The notes below the pieces were generated by a model. The model was not told where the DNA came from. It ran no database searches and saw only the letters and a program-made list of their open reading frames with translations. From NCBI GenBank assembly GCA_964496765.1, contig CAZCAP010000004.1, positions 1-32,000 on the forward strand: DNA of 32,000 nt. The letters are read 5' to 3'. Origin of the DNA: an uncultured archaeon (GTDB lineage: Archaea > Iainarchaeota > Iainarchaeia > Iainarchaeales > CSSED10-239). Position 1 is the stretch's first letter. Every line of letters starts with the position of its first letter. Positions 17,169 to 25,308 of the stretch are shown piece after piece. Made by a program: the position numbers and the translations under genes.

Positions 17169-18359
17169 CTAACTTCTTAAATATTTAATTATTTCGGGAG
17201 CAAGAGTAATGAAATTAGGATTAGTTAATAATCGTGGCATAAAATAACTTGGAAAATCCATATCACCTTTTTTTTCTAAGAATTTTTCTATACCTATTTT
17301 TTTAAGTTTAATTAATAGATTTTCAAGTTCAATATTAGTTTTGGAATCTATATATTTTCTAATCTTATAATGTGTTTTAAGTTCACTAATGTATTTCGAG
17401 AGATGATGTTTGTAATTTGTTTCAAGATCTTTAAATTCCTTTATTCTTTCATTAATTGCTTTTGCGGCTGCTTCAGCGGATAACAATCCAAAATTAACTC
17501 CACCACCTGTTGTTGCCTTAACAAAACAAGCTGCATCTCCCACAACCAAACGATTATGGCGTGCATATACATCCAATGGTTTTGCAACAGGAATTAATCC
17601 AGAGGTTGTTGAAAGAATATTGTCAAATTTTATTTTATTTCTGTCTATAAATTTATCAAATTGCTCTTTTGGGTTTTTTGTTCCTATACTTGTACCTATT
17701 CCTATTTTTGCTCTATAGGGAGATTCAGGGATTACCCATCCAAACAAACCTTTTGCAAAATCACCAAGATATATTGAAACACCCTCTGTTCCAAACTCAC
17801 CCTCTACTAAAATCTGATAACTGTGTATGAATTCAGGTTCTAGTTTTTTAGTTAGTATACTATCCCTAACAATAGAATTTGGGCCATCCGCCCCAATTAA
17901 AAAATCAAATCTAAGATCAGAAACAATTTCTGTTCTTAGGTCTTTTACCTTAAGATAGGTATCTTCAATGGAAATAAGCTTTTGATGATATTGAATATCC
18001 ACTTCCTGTGATAGGGCCAGATCTCTTATTTTTTTATCAAATCTTTCTCTATCAATAACATAGGCCTTATAATCTCTAGATTCTACTTTTAAAGTAACCA
18101 GATGGGGTCCAAATATATCTGCGCCTCTTACTTTATTAATTATATAATCATTAATATTTATATAATTTTTAAGTTTTGTTTTATTAAATCCAGATATTGA
18201 AATAAGCCCAGAACAAGAAACAGGAATCCCTATCTCATCATGTTCTTCAAGAACAGTAACAAGTATATTTGGATTAAGCTTCTTAATTAGATAAGAAGTA
18301 TAAAGCCCTATTGGACCACCACCAACAATTACTATTCTTTTATCTATTCCTTCTATCAT
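17169..18359 (-). CDS. Geranylgeranyl reductase family flavoprotein (archaeal lipid saturation)
   Basis: N-terminal FAD-binding fold IVGGGPIGL, VVGDAACFVKATTGGG, about 396 aa. Confidence 0.85.
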   Translation of the reverse strand: MIEGIDKRIVIVGGGPIGLYTSYLIKKLNPNILVTVLEEHDEIGIPVSCSGLISISGFNKTKLKNYININDYIINKVRGADIFGPHLVTLKVESRDYKAYVIDRERFDKKIRDLALSQEVDIQYHQKLISIEDTYLKVKDLRTEIVSDLRFDFLIGADGPNSIVRDSILTKKLEPEFIHSYQILVEGEFGTEGVSIYLGDFAKGLFGWVIPESPYRAKIGIGTSIGTKNPKEQFDKFIDRNKIKFDNILSTTSGLIPVAKPLDVYARHNRLVVGDAACFVKATTGGGVNFGLLSAEAAAKAINERIKEFKDLETNYKHHLSKYISELKTHYKIRKYIDSKTNIELENLLIKLKKIGIEKFLEKKGDMDFPSYFMPRLLTNPNFITLAPEIIKYLRS

Positions 18360-18360
18360 G

Positions 18361-21300
18361 TTAATCTCTGTTTGATCGTTTTACAGCATCTAATATGAAA
18401 TCATAATTACTTTGGAACTTATCATCAGCACCAACCTTGTTTTCAGTTGGATCTCCCATTCCCTGATTAACATCCTTATTAACAAATTTATCAGCATCAA
18501 AATTCGATAATTTATCAAAACTCCCTTTTCCTAGTGAATTATAAATTTCATCTTTTGCTGTTGGTTTAGCTAATCCCTTATCTTTTCTCTTATTTGCAGA
18601 AACAACAACCCAAACAATAATCAACAGAATAATTAATGCAAGTACAAAAACAGTAATATAGGTTAATAATTTCTTTTTAATATTTGATGAATCAACTGTG
18701 ATATTCTCAGATGCTACCTCTCCAGATAAAATAACTGGAGATTTAAAATAAACTAATTCAAATTTGGTTACAACATCAAACTCAGTAACTGGACTTTTCT
18801 TATTATACTTAATCACAGTTGATCCTTTTGCAGGAATTGTTATAGCATACATTATTTTTGGATCACTAACTAGAACTTCAACAGGGTCAATAAATATTAA
18901 ATCTTTTATGGTTGTTGCAAATTCCTTTGGTATTTCTTCAATAAAAGTAATTGTTATTGGACTAGATGATGAATTTTTAAATTCTAATGACACAGAATAA
19001 TATTTTTGTGAATTTATTTCAATAACTATAAAATTACGATCAACTGTTATTACTCCTTGACCATACAATACATTTGTGTCTACTATAAGATTTGTATCAG
19101 ATGTTAGTAGATATAAGTCATTAGATAATTCGGTGGTATATTTACTAGAAAAGCTTTTTACTTTAATAATTGATTGATTTGGAAGTTCACCTATTATTTC
19201 TAGTATAAGATTATTTGCTTGATTATAAAGCTCATTTGCTGAAATTTCATTAATTCCAACTAATGCTTGTGCAGCTGCAATTCTTTCATAAACTGTATTT
19301 AGCTTTGTATTCACATCAAAGTTAATTGGAATTAATAGACCCTCATAAATCTCCAATTTTGAATCAAGTTCATCTAAATTTAATTTAATTGATGCTAGCA
19401 GTTCTTCTCTCTCCACCATAACTTCATTAACATTATTGAATTCGATAACAACTTCCTTGATACCCACATTTAATGCTTTATCATAGGCAAGAACCGAAAT
19501 TGTATGATTTCCGTCTTCATAGGCAAAACTATTAAAATCACAGGTGAAGTCAACTGAATTACTATCCTTCAAACAAAGTTCATCAATATCATCCATTAGA
19601 TATTGTACTTTAAACACATCATCTGATAAATCAACAGGTGTAAATGTATATACACCATTAACATCTGAATAGTTAACATCCAATGTGGGTATATTTGCGT
19701 CTGCAACAAAATCAAAGGTATCTGTTGCACTCTCATTGCTTGAATTTCGTCCAGTTATCTCAATAATACCAGTTCCACTGGTTGTAATATTATAATCTCC
19801 AGATATTTCGTTAGCTGTTGTTGCTGCTAAAATAGTTACATAACTACCTGTCCCAATTTTTATTTTAATTATTCCTGTTCCAGATAATTCTTCATCACCT
19901 ATTGCACTTATGTGAACTAAACCCTCTTTCACATAAGTTATATTATCATCCACATTCACTGGAGATACAGAAATTGTAAAACTTGGACCAAATCTTTCTG
20001 CAGTTCCAATAACTTCGGTACTTAATGCAGATTCATTGTTTGCATAGTCAACAGCAGATAATTTAAAATAATAATTCTTATCCTCGTTTGGAGAAAAGGT
20101 GTACTGTTCATAATCTGTTGTAACTTTAGTTGAAGAAATAGTAACTCCACTTCTATCAGAATAATATATATTATAATAATCAACACCACTATTGTTATCA
20201 GTTGATTGTGCCCAGGTTAATTTAATTGAACCATTAGTAAGGCTAGTTGCTTTTATGGTGGATGGAATTGATGGAGCCGTTGAATCATATTTAATTGTAT
20301 TTGATTTTCTTGTAATTGTATATGGAGAATCCTCTGATCGTGCTTCAATGTAGATTCTTTTGGTCTCGTTTGTTGTTGTACATCCATTTCCAGAAGTAAT
20401 GTTAAATTGAGTGTATTCAAAATCAGTATTATCAGAGATTTCTATCCAAGAAGTAAAGGTTGATGCATTACAACTAAATCTAAGTGCATTCACATCAGAT
20501 GAAGTGGATATCGTGAATTTTGGTGTAGAATCATTTGTATAGGTATTATCATCATCAATATCAAAAGACAAGCTTGGACCAGTGCTAATTGAATTTGCAT
20601 CTACTGCACTCTGATTCCCAGCCTTATCAACAGCAACAACACCATAATAATATCTTGTATCCATTGATTTATCAGTAGAATCCACACAACTTTTTGTTTC
20701 AGCTGCAAGAACAGTACAAATTAATGTTTCATCTTCATAACTTGTAAAATTAGAGGTTGATCTATAAACATTATATTCTAATAATCCACTTCCAGAATCT
20801 GTTGAAGTCCCCCAACTAGAAATTGTAATATTATCATCAACAGCTCTTGTTAGGCTTGGCTTAGTTGGAGTTGTAGGCCCAGTTGCATCGATCTGAACAT
20901 TAAAATCAAGAGATAAATTATTATCAACATTATCATTAACATCGAGTGCTACTTGGTAAATATTACCATCACCCCAGGTTCCTGTTTGTGAATGATAAAA
21001 TCCAAGATTTGTAAGATTATAATCCTTAGTTACTGTTGTTGAATCAGGAAGAGTTATCACCATTTTTGTTGCAACTGGAGAGCTGTCAATTCCAGAACCA
21101 GATTCAGAAATAACTACATTAATCAAAAATGTATTTGAATCAACATAATAAACAGTATTATTTGCTAATGTTCCTAAATTAAAGCTTGTAACAGTTGGTT
21201 TTGTATTATCAATATAAAGCACTTTATTAGTATCAATTACTGCTTGACTAGCACCCGCATTTCCTGCAGCATCCATAGCATCAAGAACAACATAATAATT

Positions 21301-21957
21301 ACCATCAACTAGTCCAGTTCCAATAGCAAGGTTAACTGGAGAAACATTAGAATCTTTTTGTACTTTTTTAGTGTATGCAGAACTATAACTTGAAATATTA
21401 CTTGAAGTTACAATGTATGCAAGATACTTGTTTATATAACTATCAGCATCCGTATACCCTGATGCATTTAAATTCACATCTCCTCTATAAAAGGTATTAT
21501 TGGTTGTTCCAAGAGAAGTTATTGTAAACGTTCCAATAGTTGGCTTTACATTTTCAACCTGTAGGGTATCAGATTTACCTTGCCCATTATTATCAGTAAC
21601 TGTAATGGTATCAACTTCTGCAGAAACCATGATTGGTCTTTTTGGGTATGTGGAATGATAGGTGGGAGTTAGGGCGTTAACATCAATATAAAAATTACCA
21701 GTAAAACTAGTCCCAGAAACATCCGCATTAAAATCAAAATTGCTTGCTTCCGATGAACTTATTCTTAATGGAATCAAAGAATTAGTAATTCCATTGGTGT
21801 CTGTTAAAACCCCTGTTATCGTATATGCTGTGTCGACACTTGCTGCGTTTGTTATTGACTCAACTATATTAAAAGTACTAATTGTATAAGCATGTATGTT
21901 CATTCCAAAAAATAAGGCCAATACAACTACAAAAACAAGATAATTCCTACAATTCAT
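18361..21957 (-). CDS. Large cell-surface protein (putative S-layer/adhesin) with repeated beta-sandwich domains and a C-terminal TM anchor
   Basis: N-terminal signal-like segment YLVFVVVLALFFGMNIHA. Thr/Ser/Asn-rich modules with FN3-like hallmarks (YNVYRS, YYNIYYSD) and linkers such as KPTV and APSIPS. A helical segment (EREELLASIKLNLDELDSKLEIY), the TM LLTYITVFVLALIILLIIVWVVV, then an ~80-aa tail. Confidence 0.8.
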   Translation of the reverse strand: MNCRNYLVFVVVLALFFGMNIHAYTISTFNIVESITNAASVDTAYTITGVLTDTNGITNSLIPLRISSSEASNFDFNADVSGTSFTGNFYIDVNALTPTYHSTYPKRPIMVSAEVDTITVTDNNGQGKSDTLQVENVKPTIGTFTITSLGTTNNTFYRGDVNLNASGYTDADSYINKYLAYIVTSSNISSYSSAYTKKVQKDSNVSPVNLAIGTGLVDGNYYVVLDAMDAAGNAGASQAVIDTNKVLYIDNTKPTVTSFNLGTLANNTVYYVDSNTFLINVVISESGSGIDSSPVATKMVITLPDSTTVTKDYNLTNLGFYHSQTGTWGDGNIYQVALDVNDNVDNNLSLDFNVQIDATGPTTPTKPSLTRAVDDNITISSWGTSTDSGSGLLEYNVYRSTSNFTSYEDETLICTVLAAETKSCVDSTDKSMDTRYYYGVVAVDKAGNQSAVDANSISTGPSLSFDIDDDNTYTNDSTPKFTISTSSDVNALRFSCNASTFTSWIEISDNTDFEYTQFNITSGNGCTTTNETKRIYIEARSEDSPYTITRKSNTIKYDSTAPSIPSTIKATSLTNGSIKLTWAQSTDNNSGVDYYNIYYSDRSGVTISSTKVTTDYEQYTFSPNEDKNYYFKLSAVDYANNESALSTEVIGTAERFGPSFTISVSPVNVDDNITYVKEGLVHISAIGDEELSGTGIIKIKIGTGSYVTILAATTANEISGDYNITTSGTGIIEITGRNSSNESATDTFDFVADANIPTLDVNYSDVNGVYTFTPVDLSDDVFKVQYLMDDIDELCLKDSNSVDFTCDFNSFAYEDGNHTISVLAYDKALNVGIKEVVIEFNNVNEVMVEREELLASIKLNLDELDSKLEIYEGLLIPINFDVNTKLNTVYERIAAAQALVGINEISANELYNQANNLILEIIGELPNQSIIKVKSFSSKYTTELSNDLYLLTSDTNLIVDTNVLYGQGVITVDRNFIVIEINSQKYYSVSLEFKNSSSSPITITFIEEIPKEFATTIKDLIFIDPVEVLVSDPKIMYAITIPAKGSTVIKYNKKSPVTEFDVVTKFELVYFKSPVILSGEVASENITVDSSNIKKKLLTYITVFVLALIILLIIVWVVVSANKRKDKGLAKPTAKDEIYNSLGKGSFDKLSNFDADKFVNKDVNQGMGDPTENKVGADDKFQSNYDFILDAVKRSNRD

Positions 21958-22089
21958 ATTTAATCAATTCAATTATTTTTTCTAGACTTTAGCTTTTAAT
22001 AAATTTAAAAGCATTTATTAAATAATTTATATATTATATTATATAGTTAATATTTAAATACATACTCTTTTACAAAAATGTGATTAAAA

Positions 22090-22827
22090 ATGATTAAAAC
22101 TATTGAAAAAAATGGAAAAAAAATAATTATTATTGGAACAGCACATATTTCTAGTAATAGTAGAGATCAGGTTAGAGAAATTATTGAGTTAGAAAAACCA
22201 GATATTGTTGGAATTGAACTGGATGCAGCTAGATTCTATGCTATGATGTCTGGGAAAAAAAGTAAAGCAAAATTTTCTGATATATTGAGAGCAAGAAAAC
22301 CCTTTCTTTTTCTTTTACAATATTTTCTTTCAAAATATCAAAAAAAAATTGCAGCTGATTTCAATATGGAACCTGGAGAAGAAATGAAGCAAGCAGCAAT
22401 CTCTGCAAAAAAGGTAGGGAGTAAAGTATTACTTGCAGACAGAGATGTAAATATTACTCTTGAAAAATTATATAAGGCGCTTACTTTCAAAGAAAAAATT
22501 AGACTATTAACTACTGGATTCAAAATGCAAAAAGAACTTGGATCAGATATATCTGTTAAGAAAATACTTAAGGAAGCAGAATCTGAGGATAGTGAATTTA
22601 TTAGAAAGATAATGGATCTTCTTGAAAAACGTCATAAAACACTAAAGACTGTATTGATTGATGAAAGAGACGAGTTTATTGCATACAATATCCAACAGGT
22701 TTTAAAAGATGAAAACGTGAACAAGATTGTTCTTGTTGTTGGTGCTGGACACCTAACAGGAATAATAAAGAACATGGATAAAGAAGATATAGATATTAAA
22801 AAAATATTAAGTATTAGAAACAAGTAA
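22090..22827 (+). CDS. TraB/PrgY family protein
   Basis: N-terminal IIIGTAHISSNSRDQVREIIELEKPDIVGIELD and C-terminal VVGAGHLTGI motifs of the TraB family. Confidence 0.8.
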   Translation: MIKTIEKNGKKIIIIGTAHISSNSRDQVREIIELEKPDIVGIELDAARFYAMMSGKKSKAKFSDILRARKPFLFLLQYFLSKYQKKIAADFNMEPGEEMKQAAISAKKVGSKVLLADRDVNITLEKLYKALTFKEKIRLLTTGFKMQKELGSDISVKKILKEAESEDSEFIRKIMDLLEKRHKTLKTVLIDERDEFIAYNIQQVLKDENVNKIVLVVGAGHLTGIIKNMDKEDIDIKKILSIRNK

Positions 22828-22835
22828 ATTCAAGA

Positions 22836-22892
22836 TGAGGGAACCACATACACATATATTTCCGGTCAAACCTGGTGAGTTTTGTTCCCTCA
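22836..22892. other. Stem-loop: 9-bp GC-rich outer stem (TGAGGGAAC/GTTCCCTCA) enclosing an inner CCGG-TCAAAC-CTGG hairpin
   Basis: Read directly. It starts 9 nt after the TraB stop, inside a 308-nt convergent non-coding spacer. Confidence 0.4.
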
Positions 22893-23120
22893 ACTGTCGG
22901 ATTTAGGTCGTATTGTCATCTATACTCCTATTTACAGTCTCCTAAGACCAACCACTTTTGGGTTAATCTTGAAATCTTACAATCCAAAATAAAATAAGTC
23001 TGAACCAATATATATAAATCACACTACTTATTATGTACCAAAAAACACACGCAACAACTTATTAGTGTACACCTAAACAATATTGAAACACACAGGCGCA
23101 AATCACTCACAATTAACTAG

Positions 23121-23130
23121 AAAAAGTAAA
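23121..23130 (-). terminator. Oligo-T tract downstream of the ThrRS-ABD-like gene
   Basis: The minus strand reads TTTACTTTTT 6-15 nt after the stop; archaeal termination typically uses oligo-T. Weak in an AT-rich genome. Confidence 0.25.
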
Positions 23131-23135
23131 TCTAA

Positions 23136-23750
23136 TCAACAAAGTTTACTTTTTGGTTTATTTAATAATTGTTCATCAAGTATATGAGAAAAAGCACCAA
23201 CCGATAAAAGTTTTTGATTACCATCAAGTGTTCTTACAATAAACTTGTGTATTGACTTTTCCTTTGGGCCAATAATAATTATATATGGAATTTTTTTTAA
23301 TTCAGCATTTCTTATTTTTTTTTTAATATCCCCTGATTGATTTTCAATTTCAATTCTTGCCCCTGTTTTTGAAAGACCAGTTTCTATTTCATTACAAAAA
23401 TTAAGCATATCATTTCCATTTGGGATTAGTTTAACATGAACTGGCAATAACCAAAAAGGAATTGAATTCATTTCCTTTTGCAATATTGCTTCTGGAATTT
23501 CATAAATATATGTTTTATCTTTATAACTAATAGAAAAATCATTCTTAATTTCAATTAACGAAGTGTTTTGAGACCCAGAAGTACTCTTATTGATGGGAAC
23601 ATCTGTGGTTTCTGAATTTTGCATAGTAGAATTAGAAACACAACTTGTATTCTTATTTGCATTTTTGAAATTATTACTTTGATAATGATTATTAAATTTG
23701 TTTTTCTTAAAAAAACTAAATCTCTGTTTTAAATTATTTGTTCGTTCCAT
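23136..23750 (-). CDS. Stand-alone threonyl-tRNA synthetase-type anticodon-binding domain protein with a low-complexity N-terminus
   Basis: The C-terminal ~115 aa run IPFWLLPVHVKLIP...GARIEIENQSGDIKKKIRNAELKKIPYIIIIGPKEKSIHKFIVRTLDG. This parallels the ThrRS FPxWLAPVQVxxxP...GxRxxxDxRxEKIxxKIRxAxxxxxPYxxxxGxKExxxxxVxVRxRxG. Start set at ATG 23750; the longer track ORF overlaps the CPBP gene. Confidence 0.7.
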   Translation of the reverse strand: MERTNNLKQRFSFFKKNKFNNHYQSNNFKNANKNTSCVSNSTMQNSETTDVPINKSTSGSQNTSLIEIKNDFSISYKDKTYIYEIPEAILQKEMNSIPFWLLPVHVKLIPNGNDMLNFCNEIETGLSKTGARIEIENQSGDIKKKIRNAELKKIPYIIIIGPKEKSIHKFIVRTLDGNQKLLSVGAFSHILDEQLLNKPKSKLC

Positions 23751-23766
23751 ATAAATATCATCCAAA

Positions 23767-24303
23767 TTAAATAAACATAAATGCAAGCGCAATAAAATTA
23801 TATATTAGATGTGCAGAGAAGGTAACCCATATATTTCCTGTCTTTTGATAAAATCTTGCTAGTACAACACCCAAAACAAAGGCACCAATTATTTCTGTCA
23901 CTGAGCCATAGAGTATATGCCCACAAGCAAATAGAGCTGAAGAAATAATTACGCCCACTCTCTTAACTAAAAAACCTCTAAAAAACCATTCCTCTAAAAA
24001 CACTCTAATAACAAACAAATATATTATATAGATTGCAGACAGGGAAGTTATTTTTTCTCCAACAACAGAAAGATCCTGCACTCCAAATAAGCTTGAAACA
24101 TAACTTATTGCAAAACTTATAATAAACATCAGAAAGAAAAGAATAACTACATTTCTAATAAATATTTTCCAATCAATTCTTTTCAAACCTTGAAGTTTAA
24201 TTAATTCTTTTAATGTTACTACTTTACCATAAAAATACAAAAAGTATAATGGGAAGAATAAAAGAATGAAATCCAAAAAAAAATCATTTATTATAAAACC
24301 CAT
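23767..24303 (-). CDS. CPBP family intramembrane glutamic endopeptidase (CAAX protease-like)
   Basis: Motifs EEWFFRGF (EExxxR), FACGHILYG (FxxxH) and SAHLIYNF (HxxxN) within a polytopic membrane protein. Confidence 0.85.
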   Translation of the reverse strand: MGFIINDFFLDFILLFFPLYFLYFYGKVVTLKELIKLQGLKRIDWKIFIRNVVILFFLMFIISFAISYVSSLFGVQDLSVVGEKITSLSAIYIIYLFVIRVFLEEWFFRGFLVKRVGVIISSALFACGHILYGSVTEIIGAFVLGVVLARFYQKTGNIWVTFSAHLIYNFIALAFMFI

Positions 24304-24328
24304 AATTTAAAATCTCGGAAAATTAAAT

Positions 24329-24538
24329 TCATTCCCAAATGGTCATCCCACAATTTCCGCAGGCAAACCTGGTTCTACTATCTTTTCCCTTATGTGCACC
24401 CATAAATGTTCCAGCACCACATTTAGGACAATCTTTACCTTTTCTTGTAACCTCATCACCAGTTACAGAATAAAATTTACTTTTCTTAACTTTTACACTT
24501 TCTTTATGTTTTGGTTTTCCTTTTTTTTCTTTACCCAT
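24329..24538 (-). CDS. rps27ae: Ribosomal protein S27ae (eS31)
   Basis: Zinc ribbon CPKCG...CGNCG preceded by a Lys-rich N-terminus; follows S24e as in other archaea. ATG at 24538 is preferred over the track GTG at 24547. Confidence 0.9.
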   Translation of the reverse strand: MGKEKKGKPKHKESVKVKKSKFYSVTGDEVTRKGKDCPKCGAGTFMGAHKGKDSRTRFACGNCGMTIWE

Positions 24539-24549
24539 AATTATCACTT

Positions 24550-24984
24550 TTATTCTTTATCTTCCTTTGGCTTTTCTTCCTTTGGTTTATCTTCCTTTGG
24601 TTTATCTTCCTTTGGCTTTTCTTCCTTTGGTTTATCTTCCTTTGGCTTATCTTCCTTTGGTTTATCTTCCTTTGGCTTATCTTCCTTTGGTTTATCTTCC
24701 TTTATTGGTTCATCATGTGTTCCTGTTCTCTTTAATCTATATTCAAGCTCAATTTCTCTTAAAGCTTTCATATTATCATAAACCTTAATATATGCCTTTG
24801 AGATTTTAGTACCATAATCCTGTGATATCTTATCAATAACAATAAGCTTATCATCAATACCAAGGAGTGCGGCAATCTTTTTTTGGACCTCCTGTCTTGA
24901 AGGAGTCTTGTCAGCTCTTATTTTTGCTAAGACAGATGTTCTATGTAACAATTCATTTTTTGATTTTTCCATTTCTATTTCCAT
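24550..24984 (-). CDS. rps24e: Ribosomal protein S24e with a 56-aa C-terminal KEDKP-repeat extension
   Basis: The core N-terminal region (NELLHRTSVLAKIRADKTPSRQEVQKKIAALLG...AYIKVYDNMKALREIE) is S24e-like. The C-terminus is (KE[D/E]KP)x10. AGGTGA SD upstream. Confidence 0.9.
   Translation of the reverse strand: MEIEMEKSKNELLHRTSVLAKIRADKTPSRQEVQKKIAALLGIDDKLIVIDKISQDYGTKISKAYIKVYDNMKALREIELEYRLKRTGTHDEPIKEDKPKEDKPKEDKPKEDKPKEDKPKEEKPKEDKPKEDKPKEEKPKEDKE
24553..24708. repeat. 15-nt tandem repeat, about 10 units (CTTTGG[CT]TT[AT]TCTTC on the + strand), in frame within the S24e 3' end
   Basis: Counted directly: units at 24565, 24580 ... 24685 plus partial units at both ends. Confidence 0.95.
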
Positions 24985-25083
24985 AATTTTTCACCTAATA
25001 GTTAATTTTCATTTTATCTTTTAGAGAGGAGATAAAAAACAAATCTACTTTCGTAAATTCATGTAACTGTTTTGAATAAATAT

Positions 25084-25308
25084 TTATCTGCTAAGTCTTA
25101 ATGCATACTTTCCTGGAGTTGTTACTTCCATTGCTTTTCCAATATCTGATTTGTCTGGATCAATGATCAGTGCGGTTCCCTTAAAGAATGTTGTGAAAAT
25201 ATTTGATCCACAAACAGGACAAACTTTAACAACTTCCTCTTTTCCTTCTTTTGTAATTTCTGTTTCTTCAACAATTTTTCTACATTTTCTACAAACTTTT
25301 TTACTCAT
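25084..25308 (-). CDS. spt4: Transcription elongation factor Spt4 (RpoE'')
   Basis: Zinc ribbon CRKC...CPVCGS followed by GTALIIDPDKSDIGKAM....GKYALRL. Its start overlaps the Rpo7 stop (ATGA). Confidence 0.85.
   Translation of the reverse strand: MSKKVCRKCRKIVEETEITKEGKEEVVKVCPVCGSNIFTTFFKGTALIIDPDKSDIGKAMEVTTPGKYALRLSR

Noticed and set aside
21992-22012. Palindrome GCTTTTAA-TAAAT-TTAAAAGC between the surface-protein and TraB genes
   Set aside because: It is almost pure A/T in an AT-rich divergent promoter region, so such symmetry is expected by chance. There is no supporting second copy.
22836-22892. The nested hairpin as an H/ACA or C/D box guide sRNA
   Set aside because: No ACA follows the lower stem on either strand. 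The upper stem is only 4 bp with no K-turn/K-loop GA pairs. The only C-box-like (AGATGAG) and D-box (CTGA, ~23000) elements are ~165 nt apart, too far for archaeal C/D sRNAs.
23751-23792. N-terminal 14-aa extension of the ThrRS-ABD ORF (MRLHLCLFNLDDIY)
   Set aside because: It overlaps the 3' end of the CPBP gene. The internal ATG at 23750 leaves a clean 16-nt spacer.
24553-24708. Possible CRISPR arrays at the 15-nt and 51-nt repeat regions (also 31000-31503)
   Set aside because: The units are contiguous with no spacers, far shorter or differently organised than CRISPR repeats, and in frame with ribosomal protein genes. No cas genes are nearby.
24392-24788. Plus-strand ORFs with SSFGL / LPLVY repeat translations
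   Set aside because: They are antisense readings of the S27ae gene and the S24e 15-nt repeat. They stay open only because of the repeat periodicity.
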